This document shows positions 51,978 through 62,745 of a stretch of 64,000 nucleotides of DNA, in pieces. This stretch comes from Ostrea edulis (lineage: Eukaryota). Position 1 is the first letter of the stretch. Each line of letters begins with the position of its first letter. The DNA lies in assembly GCF_947568905.1 (NCBI RefSeq), contig NC_079173.1:7874001-7938000 (forward strand). The letters run 5' to 3'. The notes below the pieces were generated by a model. It was not told the DNA's origin, did no database searches, and was given only the letters and a program-made list of their open reading frames with translations. A program made the position numbers and the translations under genes.

Positions 51978-52934
51978 TTTAGCATTTAATGTTCAACTCC
52001 TATTATTGTTGATGATCATATAGTCGACATTAAGTGGACAGAAAACGTAGAGAATAACCAAATATTTAAAATCTCCAACTCTAAATGCGTTCGTCGGACA
52101 TAGTTGATTCTGTTCACATGGCGGGATTGAAAGATAATAATAGTAAAGCCATCCACATAAATATTGCCTTGACGAAGAGAGGGACTGATCCTCCAATAAA
52201 TCGAAATTATACGGACAGGTCTGTAAATAGAGTATTAACGATTATGCTATACTCTTTATCCAATTGTAATGGGATACATCATGCACAGTACATTTCAGTG
52301 TAAAGTGACATAAAGTCGGTTAAGTTACAGCCATGATTTTGTTTGAGATAAAAATATCTCGGTGGCTGTAACCTAATGGTTCCATTCCAGATCCCAGCAC
52401 GGCATTAAAACTTTTACATTCATTAATTGATTCTATATTGTTTAACGTCCCACTCGAGAATTTTCCCCTAATATGGAAACGTCCTCAATACCAGTGAAGG
52501 GCCTAAAATTTAGTCCTATGCTCGGCGTTTACGGCCGTTGAGCAGTGAGGGTTCTTTAGCATGCTACACCTACTGTGACACGGGACATCTGTTTTAAGGT
52601 CATCTCCGAGGACCTGTGACATTCACATCTGATGCCGAGCGTTTGACCATGGAACTGTCACTACCTGTTTTAACGACTTAGGTCTGTTGCGGCTGGGATT
52701 TGAAACCCGACCTTCATTATGCGGAACGAACGCTCTACCTCTAGACCACTACGGCAGTTCCATATTAAAATGAATTGACCAGTATGATTAATTATCCGTA
52801 TGACAGCCATGAACTTTTTCTGTTTGCTCCTTACAGCTGTATATGACCCTGCAATGAATTCTTGGATAATAAAATGAATCTTGATGTGAGTAATGTTTTA
52901 GGTCATCTGATTGACTAAGGTGACCTATTATAAT

Positions 52935-53285
52935 GGCGTCGGTGGCCGAGTGGTTAGGCCGTCAGACTCTCGACCGAAAGGTCGTGGGTTCGAGTCCTGG
53001 CCGCGGCAGGGCTGACGTTGTGTCCTTGGGAAAGGCACTTTACATGAATTTCCTCACTCCACCCAAGTGTAAAAGGGGTACCTGGCTATAGACAGTGAAA
53101 GATATTGTTAGAATGTTAGTGCTCTAGCGCTTGTAATGGCAATTTGCACTGTATGCTTCCTAGGAGGCTGAGAAAGTTCTAGATTAATATAAGGTCTGCC
53201 GGGGTAATAATGTACATTACATTTGTAAAGCACCTTTGAGCGTACATAGTGTATGAAAAGGGTGCTATATAAATATGGTATTATT
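52935..53285 (+). mobile_element. tRNA-headed SINE with CORE-like central domain
   Basis: A-box TGGCCGAGTGG and B-box GGTTCGAGTCC, followed by TGTGTCCTTGGGAAAGGCACTT, which resembles the MIR/CORE consensus. Confidence 0.65.
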
Positions 53286-54105
53286 AATGGGTAATTAATT
53301 GTCCTCGGTCATGCGTTATTAAACATTTCAAAATAATTAATGTCTCCTCAGAAGTTAAGTTGTCATTCTTCATTGAATTCGGAAATGGGAACTATACGTT
53401 GTTAATTTCATGGTCACTGCACTCTTAGGACCTTAATGGGTGGGGTCAAAGCCTTAAAAAATTTGCAGTCTTTTATAATCTTTTTAAGTAAAACTTATAT
53501 GCATGCTGTCTTTGATGAAGCTTGTTTTTTGCTCAAACAACAGAACACAAGCTTTATGTTTTCCAAAATCGTCATTTATTGAAAAAATGACGTAATAAGA
53601 GTGTGGTATGGAAAACTGGGAGGCAAATCACAACACACATTACACAATAACCATCTTGGCCAAACTGGCCTTATTGCAAATATATTATATAATCATCACA
53701 AACATGAAAGGAAAGAGTGCCTCCCAGTACTAGATTATAAAACAGAAGGGGAAAAAAGGTGGCCAAAAATTCTGCCACAAAACAAGGTGAAATACATACA
53801 TGTATGAAACCTTGCAGGCCACCCAGATTTTTACTTGTTAACTTCTAACAAACAAATTTTATGCATAGCCTGGATAAGAAAGGAAGCCTCTACCAAAATT
53901 GTGAAATTCATGGTCCCTTGGTCAGGGGTTCTGGTGCTTAAGTGTGGGGCTGTAAGTTTCATATTCATTTCAAAATTAAGGATTATCTCCCTCACGCATA
54001 ACTCTTATCCTTAGACGATTTTGACTCCACTTTTTGGCACACTATTTTCCCCTATAATAGATCTAAAACTTAATAGTTATTTCGGATTTTAAACATTTCG
54101 GTTGA

Positions 54106-54149
54106 GCATCATTGAAGAGACATTATTTGTCGAAATGCGTATCTGGTGC
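54106..54149 (+). ncRNA. Hammerhead motif, mutated copy (core UUGAAGA), in partial monomer ~53963-54180
   Basis: Same stems, with C>T in the core and C>T in stem III. Confidence 0.65.
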
Positions 54150-54985
54150 ATCAAAATTGGTACCGTATAAGTTTTACATAGTGAAAATAGATTATTTCTT
54201 AACTTCTGGGTGTCAGTCAGTGAAACTGAACATGTAGAAATAATGATTGTTTTGGGAATTTCATTGTTCAAGGATCACAGTTTGTGGTGCTGGGGTAGGG
54301 TTTTATTCTTCACATAGTGAAATGAATTATCTCTTGAAATTGTCATATTTTGGGCTGCATGGACTGTGGATGTCAGTCTGGGTTGAGCTCAGTCATTAGA
54401 GCACCTTGCTCGTTATGCAGGGATCCCGGGTTCCATTCCTAGTGCTGCCGAACTTTTTCCCTATTTCATTTATTAATATATAATCATATTTTTATTGGCT
54501 CACTTGCGCTGAAAGATTAAATGAATTATTCTGTTCGTCTTTTGTCTGTCTGTCCGTCTGTAAATTTTGAAATTTACTTAGGAATATTTCTATCTTATTT
54601 ACTCCTGTTCACTGAGGAAAAACTATATGCATGCTTATAATGAGGCCCCTCTACCAAAACTACTTAAATGCATGGCCTTGGGTCAAAGGTCAGGGGGTTT
54701 ACTAGGGTCGTTCCCCCTTTGGTTGACTATATAATGTTAAAAAGATCATTTTCTTGCTATTTTGGGATCTTCAGTGCCCCCTTTTTGGGGGAGGAAAAGG
54801 GACAAACCTGGGTCGCACCCCCTCCCTCTTGAAACTTCCGAATCCGCCACGGGAAGGGGTATGCAGTTTGATATTTCAGAAATAAATTTTATTGTTTGAA
54901 AATACATGAGGGTATGAATTACGACGCTTTACACCAGTATGTTGTATGAAGCATTTCAGCGCTTCAGAAAAAATATGCTGGCGTG

Positions 54986-55074
54986 TAATCTCGGCTGAGA
55001 TTCGGCTCGTTTGGATCATGTCGGTAAATGCGTCAGTCCAAATATCCTACCGAGTCGAATCTCAGCCAAGATTA
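54986..55074. mobile_element. 89-bp MITE with 9-bp TSD (AcademH-like)
   Basis: TIR TAATCTCGGCTGAGATTCGGCTCG / CGAGTCGAATCTCAGCCAAGATTA; perfect TSD GCTGGCGTG at 54977-54985 and 55075-55083. Confidence 0.75.
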
Positions 55075-55827
55075 GCTGGCGTGATGCTTTGCTGTGCATA
55101 TCTCATGCAATTTCAAAAATGAAATACATTTTTTTATATCTACATTTTACTTTCATATTTAATTCCTTATACAAAATCGTTGTAAATTATCAAAGATGTC
55201 TTCAATTGAATTAACGAGAGCATGAAATTCATTTATACCGAACACCAAACTAGATTTACCGATCAATAATTCTACGTCATTGGTGAGCACACTCAAATGA
55301 ATTGATGAGAGCAATGATTGAATTCATCGATGCACGCTTTAATTCAAATATTGTGCGCAATAATTAAATTGGTGATCTCTTCAAGTGATGAAAGATACAT
55401 TCAGTTGTTTGAGTTTAAGTTTATTTGGCACTCTATAAAACAATGGTGCTTCTCCCAAAAGTCTTTATGTTAAAGCTGTATGGTCCATGTTCGTCTATGA
55501 CTTTTTTGCACAAAAATACTTTAAAGTAGGTTAAGTAGTTTTTAAAGTTAATGATTTTTCTTTAAGTACATGCTTGAAAACATTTCCATGTAAAAGAAAG
55601 CAACAAGATTATTTAAAAAGTAAATATAGCGGGTACACATTAATTACATTTGGCGCTAGTATTTAGGCGTCTATAAATTCTATAAATAGCCCCACGCACA
55701 TTAAGGAAACCTCAACATGATGTACATGTATCTAACTTAGATGCAATTCTCTAAATTGGTGTGAAAGAGCGTGAAAAACAAAGACTTACGAAGAGGTATA
55801 TGATATTTTTATTTCTCTTTAACTTAA

Positions 55828-56748
55828 AGGACACAACGCTTGTTTCTATTTTTTTTCAGGAAAATTCATTCTTTTCATGCCTAAAACTACTTTACATATG
55901 TTTTTAATTAACTATTTTGCGAAGTTTTCGAGTTTGAAAGCGATGAAATTCAAATATTTACTTTCGTTATTTTACGCGCCATTATGTGTGACATCATATG
56001 CGCCCTCAGGTTTGAAAACATCTATTAGCCATTTCATATACAGATTAGATTTAATCGACAAAAAAAACCAAAACAATTATCCCGTTAATGGCTTGTAAAT
56101 AAGATTGCATTAAGGCGGTTTGTGGAATGTAAGGATGTAGTAGTTGTCGGTAGAAAGGATTTCGACTGAGTATTTTTCTATTTTCGAAGAAACGTATGGA
56201 AAAAAGACATGGATAAAAAAATTTGATGGAGCAAGAACTTTACCTTAAAAATCCTCCACCCTGTCACCTTTTCAAACACTATTTGGACAGAGACCCAGAT
56301 AAACTGCGAGAAAATGGATAAATCGAAGCTAAACACTGCTAGGCCTACAGCATAATTACATAATTCTGTTCTGATCTTCAAATTCAATACACACTCGGAT
56401 CAACTGAGCTTCACCTTGTAACATCATAACTTTGCTCCTGGTTTCCACTAACTGGTAGATTTACAAAAATGTTAAAGATACAAAATAACTGAACTTTTAA
56501 TTATAAATAATAGAATATTGTATTTCCTAACTTTAAATTGAAGTATAAATCTATTTCTCATTGAATTCGTAACATTCTGAGTGCGTCTACACCACGCCGT
56601 TGTCTCACTTCCTAACCGACGTGCAGATTACAATTCAAAAATCATAAGATTGCTTTATTAGGATAGAATATTAAAATAAAATATTGCGATCATAAGGAAG
56701 ACGAAATGCACGTAATTTTGTATACTTTGAGAACATGAGATGTGTCCT
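55828..56748. mobile_element. Kolobok-like non-autonomous element
   Basis: TTAA|AGGACACA ... TGTGTCCT|TTAA (8-bp TIR, TTAA on both sides). Confidence 0.55.
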
Positions 56749-56945
56749 TTAAGGTACAGTGCTGTAGTAACAAAATACTCGGCTTTGTCTGTCTGGATTC
56801 GTGCATTAGAAATAGCCGAGTGACATTTGTTTGTATACACCAATTCAAAATTAAATAATTCTGGTTAAAACAGGTGAAATAATGTCAGACATTTCGTACA
56901 GCCTCATCAATACGTATGTAAAACTTATACGGTACCAATTTTGAT

Positions 56946-56989
56946 GCACCAGATACGCATTTCGACAAATAATGTCTCTTCAGTGATGC
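56946..56989 (-). ncRNA. Hammerhead motif with intact core, in partial monomer ~56915-57260
   Basis: Reverse complement reads GCATCA CTGAAGA GACATTATTTGTC GAA ATGCGTAT C TGGTGC. Confidence 0.75.
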
Positions 56990-57782
56990 TCAACCGAAAT
57001 GTTTGAAATCCGAAATAACTATGAAGTTTTGGAGCTAAATATAGCCAAGAACAGCGTGCCAAAAAAGTGGAGCCAAATTCGTCCAAGGATAAGAGCTATG
57101 CATGAGGGAGATAATCCTTAATTTTGAAATGAATTTCTAAATTTTATAACAGCAATTAAATATACATCCGTATTTTCAAGCTAGTAACGAAGTACTTAGT
57201 TTACAAAGTACTCTTCAGTGATGCTCAACCGAAATGTTTGAAATCCGAAATAACTATGCGATCTTTTAACAGTGTTTTTAAAAGGTAGAAAAATTGTCGA
57301 AATCCGGACCATAAAACTTTAAAGGTACATGTAATAACATATTGCTAAAATATACACGACTCATCATAATTCAACGACTAAAATTTCATTGGTTTTCTTT
57401 ATGCTATTGCTTTGTATCAGAAAAAGCCACTTTGTAATTTTCACAAATGATAAATGGTTATTCCGTCTGAGAATCGATTCTTTTTTGTTTAAAAAATGGT
57501 TTGTATGAAATCTGTGCAAGCTTGATTAATACATGGGGTACACAAGGCTCCTGGGTTACTTTGTTAATGTATCTCCGTATTTGCACAAGATAAAAGGTCT
57601 TGTTCGAAAAATGGATTTCCTAAACTCTTTGGCTCTTGTTACATCAGTTGACCAATGACGTTCCTAGAACGCATTCACTGCATCATATTCTCATTTATAA
57701 AATTGTGTACATTAATTCTTTACTGTCGACAGTACTTCAGTTCTGATCATAAAGATCTAGGTCACTGCACGTTAAGAAATAA

Positions 57783-59063
57783 ATGCTATTAATAATGATG
57801 AATACGAAATATTTTCGAATTTATCTTTTATCAATATCAATTCTATGCCTTAATGTGAAAATTACAACCTCATCTGATATCGATGACCTGGTGGATTTTT
57901 ACAATTCCTTGAAGAATAATTACGTGCCGTATATCAGGCCGGTACATAATCAGAGTCTTCCGATCACGGTCTCTATACATCTGGTTCTTCACTCTGTCGT
58001 TTCTTACGAAGAGAGAACTGGAACGCTCTCATCTGTAGTGATAATGAACATGTTTTGGACGGATGACGTACTGAAAACAAACTTCCCAAGGAAATTTGAC
58101 ACGGACATCCCGATCCCGATCTCTTTGGTGTGGAGTCCCACTATTCAGGTATACAATACAGTCACAGAGGATACAACATTAAAAACTGGGGACACCGAAT
58201 TTAAAAAAATCCTTTTGTATCCTAACGGAACTATGCTTTATTCCGTGATGGGTCTTACTACCACTAAATGCGAAGCTAACATTTTCTATTACCCAATGGA
58301 TCGACAAAGATGCGAGATCCTTTTTGTAGGTGACGAACCATCCCAAAAAGTTGCAATAAGATCTCTATTTCTGGAGTCCCCGGATATGGACATTACAACC
58401 GCTCTAATGAAAAACGAAGAGTGGGAAATAGGAAACGTGACTTTAACAGACCACGTGTTTTATCTTCACCCAGGCATGATATTCTCTTTCAGTATTTCCA
58501 GACGACCTTCGTATCTCATGACGAATTTCGTCGTTCCGCTTGCGTATCTTTGTTTACTGAATTTGTTTGTGCTTCTTTTGCCGGAATCATCAGGAGAGAG
58601 AGTTTCCTTTGCAGTCACAATGCTTCTATGTCTAATTCTCTACCTGAACATGATTGCCGACCGTTTACCGAGATCTGTTCCGATCAGTTTGCTCAACATC
58701 TATATTGTCATTCAGTTCAACAGCAGCTGTTTTGGGGTGTTGATGACCATTCTCACACTGTGGATGTACAACAAACAGCAGAATAATCAGCCCGTCACCA
58801 AGTTTTGGCAAGCGTTCATGCGTTTTGTAGATCCTAAGTGCTGGAGGAGAAGCCAGATGAACTTCCAAGCCGAAAAGACAGAAGCTGAAGAAAAGGCTGA
58901 CAAAATAGTGGAAAGTTACAGGATCCGAACGGAATCTGAGAAGGAGTCGAATGTCACGTGGTTTAAGGTGTCGCGATCAGCCAATCGGTGTCTGTTTTGT
59001 ATAATGTCTGTTTGCTTTAGCATTCAGGTACTTGTGTTTTTGGTTTTATTAATTGTTCATTAG
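57783..59063 (+). CDS. Intronless non-alpha nAChR-like subunit (paralog A2, recent duplicate of A1)
   Basis: 426-aa ORF nearly identical to 40099-41385; flanks ~57360-59400 match ~39670-41700. Confidence 0.92.
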   Translation: MLLIMMNTKYFRIYLLSISILCLNVKITTSSDIDDLVDFYNSLKNNYVPYIRPVHNQSLPITVSIHLVLHSVVSYEERTGTLSSVVIMNMFWTDDVLKTNFPRKFDTDIPIPISLVWSPTIQVYNTVTEDTTLKTGDTEFKKILLYPNGTMLYSVMGLTTTKCEANIFYYPMDRQRCEILFVGDEPSQKVAIRSLFLESPDMDITTALMKNEEWEIGNVTLTDHVFYLHPGMIFSFSISRRPSYLMTNFVVPLAYLCLLNLFVLLLPESSGERVSFAVTMLLCLILYLNMIADRLPRSVPISLLNIYIVIQFNSSCFGVLMTILTLWMYNKQQNNQPVTKFWQAFMRFVDPKCWRRSQMNFQAEKTEAEEKADKIVESYRIRTESEKESNVTWFKVSRSANRCLFCIMSVCFSIQVLVFLVLLIVH

Positions 59064-61289
59064 AACAAGAAATGTATATTCTGAACACCAATTAGCGTCT
59101 TTCTTTACACTATTCTAGTGAATGATAACATTTTATTGTAATCTAGTTTTGATATTTCCCGTGTCCATATTTTATTCTGTTCATGTTCGATATTTCTTAC
59201 ATAGTATTAACTATGGTATTCATTTCTGGACCTTTCCCAGTTGTTTGTGCATTAACCTAATTTTAATCAACTTAGTTTACTTTTGAGCATATTTTACTGT
59301 ATGATAATGTACCAATAAAAGTGGTTTAGACACAAGTTCTAAGAAATTAGAAAGTCAAATTTTACACATGATTGCTATTGTAAAAGCTATTTGTGCCGTG
59401 TCAATGAGACATTATTCTAGGAAGAAATGTATGTGATTTTATCAAGCTACATAACTTATACACTTTATTCCAATTATAGAATATGACTCAATCGAATAAA
59501 AAAGTACAAATATTGATTTCATATTTATATTCTCTCCGAGTTGGATAATAAACGCTCCATTTATTAAAGTAAACAGAACTATGGCGATGTAAAAGCTTGA
59601 AAGGTGAAGATAGCGAAAAGTGATCAATCTCATAACTCCTGTAAGGAATACAAAATAGAGAGTTGGGCAAACACGCATATTAACTCTTGGATTTACCAGA
59701 GTTGGGATCACGTACCTAGGAGGAGTAAGCATCCCCTGTCAACTGGTCACATCCGCCGTGAGCCCATGATGAATTAATCCGTAGTCAAAATCAGTATGCT
59801 GAGAACGACTTTACAATCGATATTAAACACGCCAAACAGCATTTGACCCAATGATAGGTTGTATTGACCAACTAGATTATCATACCAACCACAGCAATTT
59901 CAAAAACTCGATTTGAAACGAGACTGTTGAAACTCCCGTAACATCAACTTGTCTGTCAGTAGCTTGCCTTGATTTAAAAACTGATCATACGCAGAACAAG
60001 CTCTCGCGTATCGAATCAGTTGAGAGAAATAAACACTGTATGTAGGTGATAATGAAATATTGCTACATAAATATGGAAAGTTGACGATGGAGAAGCTGAA
60101 ATCATCCCGTTTGTCCTAAAGTTGAGTTGTTAGTTTGCCGTTAATATTCAAGCAATGGATTATTATTTTCTGAAAGACGCAGTCCCACAACTGCAACGAT
60201 GTGTGTATACAAATTGAAAAATGCGCGTTAGCTCGTTATTGAAATTTACATGCACACACCGCCGCAGCCACGAGACCACATCTTTCAAGAAAACAACAAT
60301 TCATTTCTTATACTTACGTTTTAGAATATACATTCTGCTGACTGTTGGTGGAACAATTCAGCGATTACAGAAAGAAAAGGTCAATCAGACAGGGAGCAGG
60401 TTTAGGGAAAACTACTTTCAGTGATGGAGGTGTGATGGGGTTGGGTATTTTTTACGTCCGTCGAGAATTTTCCACTCATATTGATACATCGTCTGTTGTA
60501 GATGTAGTGCTACAAATTTAGACCTATGCTTACCGCTTATGGCCGTAGCAGTGAGGGTTCTTTAACATGCCAAGGCCTGCCGTGTGTTAAAGGTCATATC
60601 CGAAAGACCCTTGATTCTTACTTTCAGATACCGAGCGTTTGGTGAAGGAACGATCACTAATAGGAACTATCAAAATATACTAACTCTCTAAAAAAAGACA
60701 TGGAAATATTCTCCAATAGTTTTGTAGAAACGAGATAGAATGCAAATGAAGTATAATTGAAATATCACGAAACAATACCTATGATCGAGAAACGTCTCGT
60801 ATGTCCTTATACAAGTAGAAAATTCGGTAAGCATTATATATACAAAAACAATTCATATACTAGTCCATAAATCTGTGTAATAAACATGCATTGTTATGTC
60901 ATTGATTGTACATATAGATTTGACATTAATTCAAAACGCTTATGCACGTTATGGTTATTGCAATACATTTTATCTAGATATTGTTAACGTGGTTTCGATA
61001 TTGGTCTACATTCTAAAATGTAGTTGTAGTCATCGGCTACTTGTCGTTTTTTTGCATGATCTTTCAATAACAGGGTTGTCTTCCAACTCCCCAACTTCGA
61101 CTGGTAAACGGTTGATTGAGGTTCTAAATATTACCAAAAACAATCATGAATGTTCGTGGTATATATCTAATTAAAACCAGGAAGAAAGGTTATTCTGTAT
61201 GAGCTTTTATCATAATGAACATGGAGCATTTAGGGCTCTACTTGGACCTGTGAACATATAACAAAAATCTGTACAGTTATAATGCCGTA

Positions 61290-61780
61290 ATTTGCATAGT
61301 AACTTGGACATAAATACGTCACAAAGGTTACAACGAGCATTTGATAAACTCCTAAGTAAAGATCACACGGCATCCATCAAAGGTAGATTTGTTGGCAAAA
61401 CTGCACGGCTTCTGTTAGATATATTTGAATTTTATGAATCGAATAATGAAGATGGTATTTTTTTTCAAAACTTTTCAAAAGATTTTTACTCTACAGATTG
61501 GAAAAAATTAATTTTGGTCCCCAGTTTTTGAGATGGATAACACTTCTATATGAAAATCCAGTCAATGAAATATAATGGTTGCATCTCTAAATCATGCGTA
61601 ATGAAAAAAGGAATCAGACAAGGATGTCCCATTTCAGTAATAATTTTCCTTTTGTTGTAGAAATAAGGTCACTAAAATTAAGTTCGCTGAAAATATAAAA
61701 AGAAAAGGTTTTACGAACGACACTATGGACACCGAAACAAAACTTCTATAGAATGCTGAGGATGCTTGATTGCCATTATT
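61290..61780 (+). pseudogene. Degenerate L1/Tx1-type LINE reverse transcriptase fragment
   Basis: GRFVGKTARLLLDI, WITLLY and GIRQGCPIS motifs interrupted by stops and frameshifts. Confidence 0.7.
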
Positions 61781-62745
61781 AGATGTAAAATATATGGAAA
61801 AGGCAACAGTTTTAATCAATAACTTTAATCAAGCTTCAAACATGAAGAAAGCAGGGGAGACCTACTCCTCCTACGCGCCTGATCCCACCTCTGGTGTGTC
61901 CAGAGGTCCGTGTTTTTCCAACTCTCTATTTTGTATTGCTTATAGGAGTTATGAGATTGATCACTGACATACCCAAAACAAACTCGCGACTTTTACTGCT
62001 AATGCCTGACGCTTGGTAAACATTTTCTAAAGGGTTTAAACCCGTGGGGATCCGTGTTAGAATAAATAGGTCATCAGTACCCCTTGCTTGTCGTAAGAGA
62101 CAACTAAATGAGGCGGTCTTCGAAAGAGACTCCAAAATCGACGCCCTGTGTCACAGCACGCTAAAGATCTTTCTGTGTTCATAGGCTGTAAGCGCCTAAC
62201 ATAAACCTTCATTTTGCAGCCCTTCACCGGCAATGGTAACGTCTCCATATGAGTGGAAAATTCTCGAGTGGGACGTTAATCAATATACAATCAGTTAATC
62301 AATATAAAGATTTGAATGGTGTGCTGGTGTCGGAAATGGAACCATCAGGCTACCACAACCGGCATAAAAAATTTTTATCTGAAACAAAAAAATCGTTGTA
62401 GCATGACAAACATTATGTCAGGTTAAACTGAAATTTGCTATGCATGATGTATTCCATTAAGATTGGATTAAAGGTATAGCATAATTGTCATTAGTATATT
62501 TATAGACCTTTCTGTATAATTACGATTTATTGGAGGTTTCCTCCTTCTCTTCTTAATGCATTATCTGTGTTGATCGATTTCCTCTTATGCTCTTTGAATC
62601 TGATCATGTGAACAAAATCCACTATGTCCGTCGAACGCATTTAAAGTTGGAATATTTAGATATTTGTTTATTCTTTACGCTTTCGGTAGACTTTAATGCC
62701 AACTACATGATTATGATCAATAGCTGTTGAACAGTTAATGGTAAA

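Noticed and set aside
52935-53010. tRNA gene (also 80-180, ~50400-50490 and ~54380-54455)
   Set aside because: A/B boxes are present but the anticodon and acceptor stems do not pair, and SINE body follows in the clearest case.
62040-62120. Possible HDV-like ribozyme in the SINE-like head (GGTC.TCAGTACC, GTCG...AC hairpin)
   Set aside because: Could not build the P1/P2 pairings required for the HDV fold.
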